A stretch of 64,000 bases of DNA from Mycobacteriales bacterium (GCA_035550655.1 DASZOU010000022.1:31096-95095); one strand, 5' to 3'; numbered from the stretch's first letter, positions 28,288 to 38,166 are shown. The notes: generated by a model from the letters alone, not told the origin. A program made the numbers and translations.

Positions 28288-28764
28288 TCAGACCCAGCCT
28301 TTTGAGCGCCTGCCGGTCGCGCGCTCGATCTCACGCGCAGCGTCCCGCGCGGCGAGGGTCTGCCGCTTGTCGTAGGCACGCTTTCCGCGCGCCAAGGCGA
28401 TCTCGACCTTCACCTTGCCGTCCTTGAAGTACAGCTGCAGCGGGACGAGCGTGAGGCCCGACTCCTTGGTCTTGCCGACCAGCTTCGCGATCTCCTCGCG
28501 GTGAAGCAGCAGCTTGCGGCGCCGGCGCGGCTCATGGTTGGTCCAGGTGCCCTGCGTGTACTCGGGGATGTGCAGGTTCTCCAGCCACACCTCGCCGTCA
28601 CGCACTGTGGCGTAGGAGTCGACCAGCGACGCCCGCCCCGCACGCAGCGACTTCACTTCGGTTCCCTGCAGCACGACGCCTGCCTCGTAGACGTCCTCGA
28701 TCGCGTAGTCGTGGCGAGCCTTGCGGTTCTGCGCGATGAGCTTGCGGCCGGACTCCTTCACCAT
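28288..28764 (-). CDS. smpB: SsrA-binding protein SmpB
   Basis: 158 aa; [32 protein letters not shown]…LENLHIPEY…LLLHREE is the canonical SmpB sequence. Confidence 0.95.
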   Translation of the reverse strand: MVKESGRKLIAQNRKARHDYAIEDVYEAGVVLQGTEVKSLRAGRASLVDSYATVRDGEVWLENLHIPEYTQGTWTNHEPRRRRKLLLHREEIAKLVGKTKESGLTLVPLQLYFKDGKVKVEIALARGKRAYDKRQTLAARDAAREIERATGRRSKGWV

Positions 28765-28779
28765 GGGTCAACAGCGCCG

Positions 28780-29943
28780 TCAGCCGGCGCTGCCGGCGTC
28801 GGCGGTGAGACCGGAGAGCACCTCGATGGCGTGCTGGTAGAGCACCGACTGCGGAACCTCTGGGCCGAGGATGACGTCGGGAGTGATGCCGACGCCGTCG
28901 AGCGATCGTCCCTGGGGCGTCAGGTAGTGCCCGACGGTGAGCTCGATGTCGGATCCGTCCGAGAGCCGGTCAGGAGCCTGCACGCTGCCCTTGCCGAACG
29001 TCTGCGATCCGACGATCACCGCGCGGCCGCGGTCCTGCAGCGCACCCGCGACGATCTCCGCGGCACTCGCCGTACCGCCGTTCACCAGGACCACGAGCGG
29101 GATCGCGGTGTTGCCGCGACCACCGGTCGTACCGAGCGGAAGCGGTGCCGAGCCCCGCTGCACATAGCTCACCACGGTGCCGCGATCGAGGAACACCGAC
29201 GCGGTCCGGACCGCCTCGTCCAGCAGGCCGCCGGGGTCGTCCCGCAGGTCGAGCACGATGCCGCGCAGGTGGTCGCGCTCGGCGGCGCGCACCCGAGCGC
29301 GCACCCAGTCACCGACACCACGCGTGAACATCGCGACCCGCAGCCGCTCGACGCCCGGCGCGAGACGTTGCGCGCTCACGTCACCGTTGCGGATCGTCGC
29401 CCGCGACAGCACGTCCGTGACCGACCGGCCGCCGCGATCCACGCGGACGGTCACGCTGGTGCCCGGGCGCCCCCACAGCGCGTCGGCGACGTCCGCGACC
29501 GTCCGGCCGGTCACCGGCAGGCCCGCCACCGCGGTGAGCACGTCTCCCACCCGCAGCCCGGCGCGTGCGGCAGGCGAGCCGCTCTGCACGCTCTCGATCC
29601 GCAGCACACCCGAGGCGGCACGGCGGACCCAGATCCCGACCCCGCTGTAGGAACCGGAGAGGGTCTGCTCGTACCGGGCGAACTCCGTCGGCTCGTAGTA
29701 CGCCGACCACGGGTCACCCAGCGCCCGAAGCATGCCGTCCACCGCAGCCTGCTGCAGCACCGATTCCGGCACCGGCTTGGAAGCGTGCGACTCGATCGCC
29801 CTGACCGCCTGGTCGAGCACGGTGGCGCGACCTGCTGCGGGCGTCCCGGCACCACGATGCAGGGCGGCACCCGTCGCGACCCCGGCGCCGAACACCGCCA
29901 CGGTCGCCGCGAGGGCAAGCGGCCGGACGCTCGCGAGCCGCAT
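28780..29943 (-). CDS. S41-family C-terminal processing peptidase (Ctp-like)
   Basis: Signal/TM N-terminus, PDZ domain (GLRVGDVLTAVAG) and S41 catalytic region (…GGTASAAEIVAGALQD…, Ser/Lys dyad context). Confidence 0.85.
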   Translation of the reverse strand: MRLASVRPLALAATVAVFGAGVATGAALHRGAGTPAAGRATVLDQAVRAIESHASKPVPESVLQQAAVDGMLRALGDPWSAYYEPTEFARYEQTLSGSYSGVGIWVRRAASGVLRIESVQSGSPAARAGLRVGDVLTAVAGLPVTGRTVADVADALWGRPGTSVTVRVDRGGRSVTDVLSRATIRNGDVSAQRLAPGVERLRVAMFTRGVGDWVRARVRAAERDHLRGIVLDLRDDPGGLLDEAVRTASVFLDRGTVVSYVQRGSAPLPLGTTGGRGNTAIPLVVLVNGGTASAAEIVAGALQDRGRAVIVGSQTFGKGSVQAPDRLSDGSDIELTVGHYLTPQGRSLDGVGITPDVILGPEVPQSVLYQHAIEVLSGLTADAGSAG

Positions 29944-29946
29944 CGC

Positions 29947-30846
29947 CTACACCCTCAGATGGCGCTGCAGCGTGAGGAAGGACGCGATCGCCGGTAGCAG
30001 GATGCCGATGAGGATGACGAGCGGCAGCGCCTCCCACAACGTCGACCACTGGCCGAAGGGCGCGAGCACCCGCGTCGCCAGCGTGCTGGAGATGTACCAC
30101 CGGACGAGCAGGAGCAACACCACCGCGAGACCGGAACCGGCGACCCCCGCCGCGGTGCCCTCGAGCACGAACGGCGCCTGGATGTAGAAGTCCGATGCGC
30201 CGACCAGCCGCATGATGCCGGTCTCCCGGCGACGGCTGAACGCCGCCACCCGCATCGAGTTGTAGATCAGCAGGCAGGTGGAGATCAGCAGCAGGACAGT
30301 GAGCAGCAGCGCGCCGAGCGTCACGTGGTGGAAGAAGGCGAACAGCCGCTTGAGGGTCGACGAGGCGTTCTGGACCGACTGCACGCCCGGCGCTCGGCCC
30401 ACGGCGCTCGTCACCACCGCGAACTGGTGCGGGTCCTTGAGCTTCACCGCGAAGGACTCGGGCAGCTGGTCCTGCGTCGTCACGCGGACCAGGTCAGGGT
30501 TGCCCTTGAACTCTTCCTTGAACCGCTTGTACGCGTCGGCCTGCGAGATGTAGGTGACGTGCTCGACCTGCGGCAGCCCGTTGAGCGTGTTCTCGATGTT
30601 GGTGCGGTCCGCGTCGGTGAGGCAGTTGGAGCCGGCCTGCGGCGTTCCGCACACGGGCTGCAGGTAGACCGACACCTCGATCTGGTTGAGCAGATCGTGC
30701 TCGAGCTGGTTGGCGCCGACCCGGATGATCAGCGCGATGCCGAGCAAGGTCAGTGAGATCGCGACCGTCATGACCGCCGCGATCGTCATCGTCACGTTTC
30801 GCTTGAGGCCGATCCCGACCTCTTGCAGCACGAACTCGGTGCGCAC
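29947..30846 (-). CDS. ftsX: Cell-division ABC transporter permease FtsX
   Basis: 299 aa, 4 TM with a large periplasmic loop. Located between ftsE and the S41 peptidase, as in other actinobacteria. Confidence 0.9.
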   Translation of the reverse strand: MRTEFVLQEVGIGLKRNVTMTIAAVMTVAISLTLLGIALIIRVGANQLEHDLLNQIEVSVYLQPVCGTPQAGSNCLTDADRTNIENTLNGLPQVEHVTYISQADAYKRFKEEFKGNPDLVRVTTQDQLPESFAVKLKDPHQFAVVTSAVGRAPGVQSVQNASSTLKRLFAFFHHVTLGALLLTVLLLISTCLLIYNSMRVAAFSRRRETGIMRLVGASDFYIQAPFVLEGTAAGVAGSGLAVVLLLLVRWYISSTLATRVLAPFGQWSTLWEALPLVILIGILLPAIASFLTLQRHLRV

Positions 30847-30858
30847 GCCAGGCCTCCG

Positions 30859-31548
30859 CTACTGCGCGTAGCCGTAGACGCCGCGGCTCTGGTCGCGGGT
30901 GACGTGCCCGCCTTCCAGCTCCACGACGCGGCGGCGCATCGAGTCGACGATGTTCGAGTCGTGCGTGGCCATCACGACCGTCGTGCCGGTCCGGTTGATC
31001 CGGTCGAGCAGCTTCATGATGCCGATGCTCGTCGCCGGGTCGAGGTTTCCGGTGGGCTCGTCGGCGAGCAGCACGCGCGGCCGGTTCACGAATGCGCGCG
31101 CGATCGCAACGCGCTGCTGCTCACCACCGGAGAGCTCGTCGGGCTTGCGGTTCTCCTTGCCGTCCAGCCCGACGAGGCTGAGCACCTCAGGCACGACCTT
31201 GGCAACCACGGAGCGGGGCTTGCCGATGACGTCGAGCGCGAACGCGACGTTCTCCGCGACGGTCTTGTTGGGCAGCAGCCGGAAGTCCTGGAACACGGTG
31301 CCGATCTGCCGGCGCAGCGCCGGCACCCGCCAGTGCGACAGTCGCGACAGCTGCTTGCCGGCGACCCAGATCTCGCCCTTGGTCGGCGTCTCCGCCTTCA
31401 GGGCAAGCCGCAGGAAGGTCGACTTCCCCGATCCCGACTGGCCGACGAGGAAGACGAACTCACCCTTGTCGACGTCGACCGAGACGTTGTCGAGGGCTGG
31501 CCTTGTGCTCGTCGGGTAGACCTTGGTCACCGACTCGAAGCGAATCAT
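30859..31548 (-). CDS. ftsE: Cell-division ATP-binding protein FtsE
   Basis: [11 protein letters not shown]…GQSGSGKST…[14 protein letters not shown]…[11 protein letters not shown] is canonical FtsE. Confidence 0.95.
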   Translation of the reverse strand: MIRFESVTKVYPTSTRPALDNVSVDVDKGEFVFLVGQSGSGKSTFLRLALKAETPTKGEIWVAGKQLSRLSHWRVPALRRQIGTVFQDFRLLPNKTVAENVAFALDVIGKPRSVVAKVVPEVLSLVGLDGKENRKPDELSGGEQQRVAIARAFVNRPRVLLADEPTGNLDPATSIGIMKLLDRINRTGTTVVMATHDSNIVDSMRRRVVELEGGHVTRDQSRGVYGYAQ

Positions 31549-31571
31549 TTGCCGGTCAGTCTAGATGCGCT

Positions 31572-32678
31572 TCAGGCATCCGCCTGGCTGCGACGCCAGC
31601 GGACCTCAGCTTCGATGAAGGCGTCGATGTCGCCGTCGAGCACTCCTCCGGTATTGCCCACCTCGAGGCCCGTTCGAGCGTCTTTGACCAGCTGGTAGGG
31701 ATGCAGGACGTAGTCCCGCACTTTGTCGTCGCTGCCGAAGCCGACGGTGTTGCGGGACCCCTTGAGCCGGTCCATCTCGGCGGCCTCGGCCTTTCGCCGC
31801 TCCTCGAGCAGCTTCGCGGCGAGCACCTCCATCGCCCGAGCCCGGTTCTGGATCTGACTGCGCTCGTTCTGGCAGGTCACGACGATCCCGGTCGGCAGAT
31901 GGGTGATCCGCACTGCGGAGTCGGTGGTGTTGACCCCCTGCCCGCCCGGCCCCGACGAACGGTAGACGTCGACCCGGATCTCGTCTTCGGGGATGTCGAC
32001 ATGGTCCGCCTCGTCAACCACAGGGGTCACATCCACCCCGGCGAACGACGTCTGCCGCCTGGCCTGGTTGTCGAACGGGGAGATGCGGACCAGCCGGTGC
32101 ACCCCGTGCTCCCCCGCGAGCGTGCCGTAGGCGAAGGGCGTGCGTACGACGAAGGTCGCCGACTTGATCCCCGCCTCTTCCGCGTAGGAGGTGTCGAAGA
32201 CCTCTGTCGCGTAGTCGTGGCGCTCCGCCCAGCGCAGGTACATCCGCATCAGCATCTCGGCCCAGTCCGCGGCGTCGGTCCCGCCGGTACCGGAGTTGAT
32301 CGTCACGAGGGCGTCCCGCTCGTCGTACTCCCCGGACAGCAGCGTGCGGATCTCGAGGCCCTCGATGTCGCTGCGCAGCGCCGGAAGGTCCGCGGCGGCC
32401 TCGGCGAGCAGGTCGGGATCACCGAGCTCGATCGCCGCAGAGAGGTCGTCGAGACGGTTCCGAAGGCCATCGAGGCGCGCCAGGTCCGCCTTGAGCGCCG
32501 ACAGCCGGCGGGTCACCCGCTGGGCGCGCTCCTGGTCACCCCACAGGTCGGGGTCGGCGGCCTCGGTCTCGAGCTTCTCGAGCTCACTGCGCATGTCAGC
32601 AGGCTTGAGCACGGCCTCGATGGATCCCAGCGTCGCGGAAAGCTCCTTGAGCTCCTCGGCTGGCTCGGTCCCGGACAC
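31572..32678 (-). CDS. prfB: Peptide chain release factor 2
   Basis: SPF motif (RISPFD), GGQ motif ([19 protein letters not shown]). GTG start at 32678 is preceded by GGGAGGAGG. There is no programmed frameshift; the ORF is continuous. Confidence 0.9.
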   Translation of the reverse strand: MSGTEPAEELKELSATLGSIEAVLKPADMRSELEKLETEAADPDLWGDQERAQRVTRRLSALKADLARLDGLRNRLDDLSAAIELGDPDLLAEAAADLPALRSDIEGLEIRTLLSGEYDERDALVTINSGTGGTDAADWAEMLMRMYLRWAERHDYATEVFDTSYAEEAGIKSATFVVRTPFAYGTLAGEHGVHRLVRISPFDNQARRQTSFAGVDVTPVVDEADHVDIPEDEIRVDVYRSSGPGGQGVNTTDSAVRITHLPTGIVVTCQNERSQIQNRARAMEVLAAKLLEERRKAEAAEMDRLKGSRNTVGFGSDDKVRDYVLHPYQLVKDARTGLEVGNTGGVLDGDIDAFIEAEVRWRRSQADA

Positions 32679-32741
32679 CTGTCCTCCTCCCGGCCCACCG
32701 CCCAAGATCGGCCTCGGCTTCGCCGACATCGGCTAGCGAGG

Positions 32742-33245
32742 TTACCGGGCGTCGTCGCAGGCAGCAGTGCTACCCGCGACGGGTGACGTCGCGTGCGCCG
32801 TGTCCCGGACCGGCACCGCACCACCCGCATGCGTGATCCCGAGCCAGCCCAGCAGCCGCCCGAACGGCACCGTGACCTCGCCCCGCAACGCGACGGTCAC
32901 GGTCCCTCCCGCCACCGTGGTGTCGGGCGGATCCAGGTGCCGGAACGTGCGCGCGAGGTCCGGGCTGCGCTGCTCGATCGAGTCACGAGCCATCTTCGCG
33001 GCGCGGGCCGGGTCGAGCGGGAGCGACCCGCCGCAGCGCAGCTCGGGCCCGTCGTAGACCCGGTCGGTGTCGACACCTTGCGCCGCGTCGATCGCCGCGG
33101 CGTCCGCGGCCGACGACAGCGCCCGCTCCGCGAGGAACACCTTCGACACGTCGATGCCGGCGACGATCAACGCGACGGCGATCGCCGTGTAGCCGATGAC
33201 CAGCACCGCGAGCGATCCGTCATCGCGGCCACCCGCTACTCGCAC
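32742..33245 (-). CDS. TadE/TadG-like pseudopilin / pilus-assembly protein
   Basis: N-terminal hydrophobic TadE-type segment (…SLAVLVIGYTAIAVALIVAGIDVS…) followed by a soluble domain. Third of three consecutive TadE-like genes; start uncertain. Confidence 0.5.
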   Translation of the reverse strand: MRVAGGRDDGSLAVLVIGYTAIAVALIVAGIDVSKVFLAERALSSAADAAAIDAAQGVDTDRVYDGPELRCGGSLPLDPARAAKMARDSIEQRSPDLARTFRHLDPPDTTVAGGTVTVALRGEVTVPFGRLLGWLGITHAGGAVPVRDTAHATSPVAGSTAACDDAR

Positions 33246-33706
33246 GACGCGTCCGGTACGCCGGTGCCGGAGTAGCAGCTGATCCGTTCCGAGTGGTGTG
33301 CGCTGACGCCGATCGCCGCGACGCAACGGCCGCGGCACATCCAGACAGGCACCAGCGGGATCGGGACCTGAGCGCCGAGCGACACGGTGAACCGCGAACC
33401 CGGCGCGTAGTCGCACGCGCCACAGTCGACGACCCGCCCGTGCGGCGACCAGCGCACACCTTCGTCACGCAACGCGAGCGCGACCGCGGCCTCCGCCCGC
33501 CGCTCACCCAAGTCGTCGGCGCCGGCCGTGGCGTAGGCACGAGCAGCGTCGCGCGCTGCTGCCGTCATGCCGAACGCCGCCCGCTGCACGGTGACCGCGG
33601 TCATCACGACGTATCCGAGCGGCACGAGCAGCAACACGGAGAGGAAGACGAACTCGACGAGCGCGCTGCCGGTGTCGCCGCCGAGCCGCTCGCCCTGGTT
33701 CGTCAC
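33236..33706 (-). CDS. TadE-like protein
   Basis: GDTGSALVEFVFLSVLLLVPLGYVVMTAV TadE/prepilin-like N-terminus. GTG start overlaps the upstream stop (GTGA). Confidence 0.6.
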   Translation of the reverse strand: MTNQGERLGGDTGSALVEFVFLSVLLLVPLGYVVMTAVTVQRAAFGMTAAARDAARAYATAGADDLGERRAEAAVALALRDEGVRWSPHGRVVDCGACDYAPGSRFTVSLGAQVPIPLVPVWMCRGRCVAAIGVSAHHSERISCYSGTGVPDASCE

Positions 33707-34110
33707 GACTGGGCTTCGAGCAGGGCGTGTCCGGTCGCGTGGACGGTCGGACCGACCGGCAGGAACCACGCGAGCAGTGGCAACCGAGCCGTCACCTCGA
33801 TCGTCACGACCTGGGCGCCGTCGACCGAGTCCTGCGAGCGGGCCGCAACCGCGTGGGCGTACGACGGGCCCAGCGCCTCCTTGATCTCCCGGTTGGCCGC
33901 AGCAGCCGCCGCCGTTGCGCTCGCGACATCCGCGTTGGCGCCGTACCTCGCGCCGTCCGCAACACACGCTGCCAGCACGTTGCGCACGTGGTAGTCCACG
34001 CCGACCTGCAGGACAGCCAGGAACAGCAAGGTGACGAGCGAGCCGACGAGGACGAACTCGACGGCCGCAGAGCCGGTGTCGGCGGCCGCGGAGCCGCGAC
34101 CGGTGCTCAC
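33703..34110 (-). CDS. TadE-like protein
   Basis: GSAAVEFVLVGSLVTLLFLAVLQVGVDYHVRN TadE-type N-terminus. GTG start overlaps the stop of the small upstream ORF. Confidence 0.6.
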   Translation of the reverse strand: MSTGRGSAAADTGSAAVEFVLVGSLVTLLFLAVLQVGVDYHVRNVLAACVADGARYGANADVASATAAAAAANREIKEALGPSYAHAVAARSQDSVDGAQVVTIEVTARLPLLAWFLPVGPTVHATGHALLEAQS

Positions 34111-34307
34111 TGGCTCGGGTCGCCCGCAATGTTCAGCGCGTTCGTGAGCAGGTTGCGCAGCGTCGGCTCGGCAACGACCCACAAGGCGACGACGATCCCT
34201 GCCGTCATCATCGTGATCAGCACCCAGCCGGGGACGTCGCCCCGGTCGCGGTCGTTGGCGATCCGGAACCCCAGCGACCGCCACCACGCCTGCACCGAAC
34301 TCCTCAT
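34107..34307 (-). CDS. Small membrane protein in the flp position of the tad locus (putative Flp-like pilin, 66 aa)
   Basis: ATG 34307 is preceded by GGAGG. The product is MRSSVQAWWRSLGFRIANDRDRGDVPGWVLITMMTAGIVVALWVVAEPTL…, with a charged leader and one hydrophobic helix. The canonical G/XXXXEY motif is absent, so it is Flp-like only by position and size. Confidence 0.4.
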   Translation of the reverse strand: MRSSVQAWWRSLGFRIANDRDRGDVPGWVLITMMTAGIVVALWVVAEPTLRNLLTNALNIAGDPSQ

Positions 34308-34335
34308 GACTGCACCCTCCTGTCGAGACGGATCG

Positions 34336-35274
34336 TCACGGCACTGCAAGACGCAGGCCGTAGAAACCGGGAAAGAGCGCGAACACAACGGTCACGGGGA
34401 GGACGAAGAACACGACGGGGACGAGCATCGCGATCTCCTTTCGACCGCCGGCTTCGAGCAACGCCCGGCGACCCTCCTCACGCGCGTCGGCCGCTTGGGC
34501 GCGCAAGACGTCCGCCATCGGCGTCCCGCGCTCGACGGCGATCGCCATGCCGTCGACGAACCGGATCACGGCCGGCAGCGCCGTCCGCGTCGCGAGCGAC
34601 TCGAGAGCGGACACGAGGGTTGCACCGGCTCGGCTGTCGGCCAGGACCTGGCGGATCTCCGCCGCGAGCTCGCCGGTCGCAGTCCGCGAGACCCGCTCGA
34701 GCGCGCTCACCGGGCTCTCGCCCGCCCCTACGGCGAGCGCCAGAAGCTCCGCGATCGTCGGGAACTCCGCAACCATCCGCGCCTCACGTCGACGTACCTC
34801 ACGAGTGAGCAGGTGGTCGCGCACCATCACGCCGAACAGGCCGAACACCACCGCGAGAACCAGCAGCGCGACCGGTGACCGGTGCGCGCCACGAACCGCT
34901 GCGACCACCGACAACACGAGCCCGACCGCCAGCCCGACGGCGCCATACAGCACCTGCTCGACCCGGAATGCTTCGAGTGTCATCCGGCCACCGGCGCGCA
35001 GCAGCCGTCGCCGCACCGACGCTGCGCCACCGATCCAGCCGTCGACGCGACGGGCGAGGTGTTTGAGGGTCGGGCCCAGCAGCCGTTCAACGGCGCCGAA
35101 CGACGTCGTCGGGGCCGTTGTCGCGAGCAGCCGTGACTGCCGGGGCGTGTCGGTGAGGTACGGCGCCAGCCGATCGTCGAGTCGCGCCCTTCGCATCGGG
35201 GGGCTCGATCGAAGCGCCAGCCACAGCCCGCTGCCGCTGACCGCACCCAGTCCGGCTCCGGCCGGCGACCACAT
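34336..35274 (-). CDS. tadC: Type II secretion system F-domain protein TadC
   Basis: T2SSF domain (…ELLALAVGAGESPVSALERVS…). ATG start shares 1 nt with the tadB stop. Confidence 0.75.
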   Translation of the reverse strand: MWSPAGAGLGAVSGSGLWLALRSSPPMRRARLDDRLAPYLTDTPRQSRLLATTAPTTSFGAVERLLGPTLKHLARRVDGWIGGAASVRRRLLRAGGRMTLEAFRVEQVLYGAVGLAVGLVLSVVAAVRGAHRSPVALLVLAVVFGLFGVMVRDHLLTREVRRREARMVAEFPTIAELLALAVGAGESPVSALERVSRTATGELAAEIRQVLADSRAGATLVSALESLATRTALPAVIRFVDGMAIAVERGTPMADVLRAQAADAREEGRRALLEAGGRKEIAMLVPVVFFVLPVTVVFALFPGFYGLRLAVP

Positions 35275-36125
35275 CACCGCAGCACCCGAACGTCGTCGGG
35301 GAGCCGGGCGACGAGCAGCATCACGCGATAGGCGAAGAAGGAGACGACGCCGCCGCACACCAGCACTGCGACACCCGCCGCGCTGTCATACGCCGCGACC
35401 GTCTGCGGCCGAAGTGAGAGCGTTGCGAGGACGAACCAGGGCGCTGAGAGCGCCAGCCGGGCCGCCGCAACGGTCCATCCCTGGCGGGTCTCCAGCTCCC
35501 CGCGGGTTCGGGCATCGTCGCGCAGGAACTGCGAGAGAGTGCGCAACAGCCGGCCGAGGTCGCTGCCCCCGACATCTCGTGCAATCCGAAGCGACTCGAT
35601 GATGCGGTCCGCCACCGGGTCCGCCAGCGACATCTTCAACCGGTCGAGGCAGTCGCCGAACCGGCCGGTCGCACGATGGTCGACGGCGAAGCGCTCGAAC
35701 TCGGGTCGCAGCGGCTCCGGGCCGCGTACCGCCAGCTGTGCGACCGCTTCCGGCAGTGACAGACCGGCGCGCACCGCCGAACCCAGGTTGTCGACGACGT
35801 CCGGCCAGAGCGCCCGCAGCTCGGCGACCCGCAACGACCGGCGGCGGCGAACCAGAGCAAGCGGCGCATAGCCGGCGAACCCGGCAAACGCTGCCGCGAT
35901 GGTGGCGGCCCGGCTGATGCCGGCCACCACGATGAAGGTCACGAACGCCGCTCCGGCGCACATGGCGTAGAGCTGCCTCGGGCGGATACCCGGCAAGCCC
36001 GCTTGGGCGAGCAGCTCGCGGGTGCCTTGGCCGGATTCGCGGGGCACCCCGCGCGGCGCGTCCCTGGCCGTCCACACCAACAAGCACCCGACACCGAACA
36101 TCAGGCCCAACAGCGCGCCGATCAC
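35274..36125 (-). CDS. tadB: Type II secretion system F-domain protein TadB
   Basis: 283 aa with the T2SSF domain (…LPEAVAQLAVRGPEPLRPEF…). Confidence 0.75.
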   Translation of the reverse strand: MIGALLGLMFGVGCLLVWTARDAPRGVPRESGQGTRELLAQAGLPGIRPRQLYAMCAGAAFVTFIVVAGISRAATIAAAFAGFAGYAPLALVRRRRSLRVAELRALWPDVVDNLGSAVRAGLSLPEAVAQLAVRGPEPLRPEFERFAVDHRATGRFGDCLDRLKMSLADPVADRIIESLRIARDVGGSDLGRLLRTLSQFLRDDARTRGELETRQGWTVAAARLALSAPWFVLATLSLRPQTVAAYDSAAGVAVLVCGGVVSFFAYRVMLLVARLPDDVRVLR

Positions 36126-37432
36126 GCCGTCCGCTCCTGCGCGAGCAGCTCGGCGAGGTCAACCCGCGCTGCGTCAAAGCGTTGCGGGTGCGGTGGCCAG
36201 CCGTCCGCCCGCACCAAATGACCGTTACGAGTCGTGAACAAGTCGGCGGTTTCGACGACGTCACCCTCGACCCGTCCGGGCACCGCGAGGATCTCCCGAA
36301 CCCGTCGCCGGCCTCGTCCGTCCCGGGCCAGGTGAATGACCAAGTCGACGCTCGCGGCGACCGTCGGAACCACGAACTGGTGGCTGACGTTCTCCCCCGC
36401 CAGCAGCGGCAGCGTGCAGAGCTTCGTCACGGCCTCGCGCGCCGAGTTCGCGTGCAAGGTGCACATGCCAGGCAGCCCGGAGTTGAGCGCGATCAACAGG
36501 TCGAGCGCCTCCTCCTGCCGGACCTCCCCCACGACGATCCGGTCCGGGCGCATTCGCAGCGCCTCTTTCACCAACCGGCGCAACCGCACCTCGCCCGTTC
36601 CTTCGAGGTTGGGTTGCCGGGTCTGCATCGCGACGACATCCGCCAGCTGCACCCGGAGCTCGAAGACCTCTTCGCAGGTGATCACCCGCTCGTGCGCAGG
36701 GACTGCCGAGACGAGGCAGTTGAGCATCGTCGTCTTCCCGGCTTGGGTTCCGCCGGCGACGATGATGTTGAGCCCTGCCACGACCGCGGCCTCGAGAAAC
36801 CGCGCGGCCTGGCGAGTGATCGTGCCGAGTGAGATGAGCTCTTCGAACGAGTGCGCCGACAAGACGAACTTGCGGATGTTGACCGCCCAGTCCGCGCGTG
36901 TGACGTCCGGGATCACGACGTGGAGCCGTTCGCCTCCAGGGAGCATTGCGTCGACGAACGGCGTGCTGAAGTCGACCCGCCGCCCCGAGGTCTTCAGCAT
37001 CCGCTCGACCAGGTCCTTGACTTGGGTCGCGTCGAGGATCGTGGTGGTCAGCTCGCTGCGGCCACGCCGCGCGACGAACACACGTCCGGGCTCGTTGATC
37101 CACAGCTCCTCGACTTCCGGGTCGTCGAGGTAGCGCTGCAACGGGCCGAACCCGGCGACGGCGTCGTACACCGCGCGGGCAACGCCTTCGGGATCGGCGA
37201 GCGGCGGCAGCGTGCTCGTCGCCGCCCGCTCGTCGTAGTCGGCCACCGCCTCGTCGACGAGGCGCTGCATCTCATGCGGAGCCGACACCGGGTCGAGGCC
37301 ACGACGACGGACCAGCTCACGGACCTCGTCCTCGACCAGAGCCCGCCCATCCACGGCGCGGAACGCTAGATGCGGCGGATGCCCGCGACAACCTCCAGTT
37401 GGAAAGCTGTGGAGGCCTTCGAGTTCCTGCAC
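36122..37432 (-). CDS. tadA: Tad/Flp pilus assembly ATPase TadA/CpaF (VirB11-family secretion ATPase)
   Basis: Walker A IVAGGTQAGKTT, Asp box, Walker B, His box (…GLPGMCTLHANSA…). GTG start at 37432; an alternative start at 37354 is possible. Confidence 0.9.
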   Translation of the reverse strand: MQELEGLHSFPTGGCRGHPPHLAFRAVDGRALVEDEVRELVRRRGLDPVSAPHEMQRLVDEAVADYDERAATSTLPPLADPEGVARAVYDAVAGFGPLQRYLDDPEVEELWINEPGRVFVARRGRSELTTTILDATQVKDLVERMLKTSGRRVDFSTPFVDAMLPGGERLHVVIPDVTRADWAVNIRKFVLSAHSFEELISLGTITRQAARFLEAAVVAGLNIIVAGGTQAGKTTMLNCLVSAVPAHERVITCEEVFELRVQLADVVAMQTRQPNLEGTGEVRLRRLVKEALRMRPDRIVVGEVRQEEALDLLIALNSGLPGMCTLHANSAREAVTKLCTLPLLAGENVSHQFVVPTVAASVDLVIHLARDGRGRRRVREILAVPGRVEGDVVETADLFTTRNGHLVRADGWPPHPQRFDAARVDLAELLAQERTA

Positions 37433-37458
37433 CGCCCGCCGTCAAAGCGGCGCGACCG

Positions 37459-38166
37459 CTAAGGGACCCGCGCGAATGCGTTGAAGCGGTACCTCGCGTT
37501 GGCGTAGTTGGCGATCTGCTGGTCCTCGATGACGACGTCCGTGAGACCGGCGTCGCGCATCGCCTCCGCCATCCATTCGCGGTCGAAGCGGTGATCCAGT
37601 CCGTCGTACCGTTCGGCGTACGTCGCCGCGCCACCGAGCCGCTCTTGCCGGCCGGCGAGCGCCTCCGCCGCAGTGGCGAGATCGGGGACGTCCAGCACCG
37701 CGACCGCCCGCACCGCCTTGCGGGCCATGCGCTCGATGACGAGCCGCGCGTACTCGTACGACGGGAAGTAGAAGAAGACACTGCATGCCACGACCGCATC
37801 CACTGCCGGCTGAGTGTCGAGCTCAGCCGCCTCCGCGACAGTGAAGGCGGCGCCGGGCATGACACGCCTGGCGTCTTCGATCAGGCGCGCCGAGTAGTCC
37901 ACGCCACCGACATCGATCCCCGCGACGAAGGCCGGATAGAGAAAGGCACCCGAACCGCACCCGACCTCGAACAACGAGTCACCGGGGCGAAGCTCCAGGC
38001 GATTGCAGGTCCGACGGACGAAATCGGTCCACGCATCCTCGGTGATGGACCCGAACCCGGTATCGAATCCGTCGGCGGCGAGCATTCCTGCGAGTGGCGA
38101 CCTCGACTCGGCATCGTGCTCGACGCCATGACGGCTCCAGACCTCATGCCACCGGCTCTCCTTCAA
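37459..38166 (-). CDS. Class I SAM-dependent methyltransferase
   Basis: Motif I LFEVGCGSGAFLYPAFVAGIDVGGVDYS. The start is ambiguous: TTG 38166 overlaps the upstream stop (TTGA), while the first ATG is at 38085. Confidence 0.65.
   Translation of the reverse strand: MKESRWHEVWSRHGVEHDAESRSPLAGMLAADGFDTGFGSITEDAWTDFVRRTCNRLELRPGDSLFEVGCGSGAFLYPAFVAGIDVGGVDYSARLIEDARRVMPGAAFTVAEAAELDTQPAVDAVVACSVFFYFPSYEYARLVIERMARKAVRAVAVLDVPDLATAAEALAGRQERLGGAATYAERYDGLDHRFDREWMAEAMRDAGLTDVVIEDQQIANYANARYRFNAFARVP

Noticed and set aside
31572-32729. Programmed +1 frameshift in prfB, and the 17 extra N-terminal codons of the track ORF
   Set aside because: The RF2 ORF is continuous with no in-frame stop/CUUUGAC-type shift site. 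A GTG at 32678 with a GGGAGGAGG SD fits the conserved RF2 N-terminus; the upstream 17 codons are Gly-rich filler.
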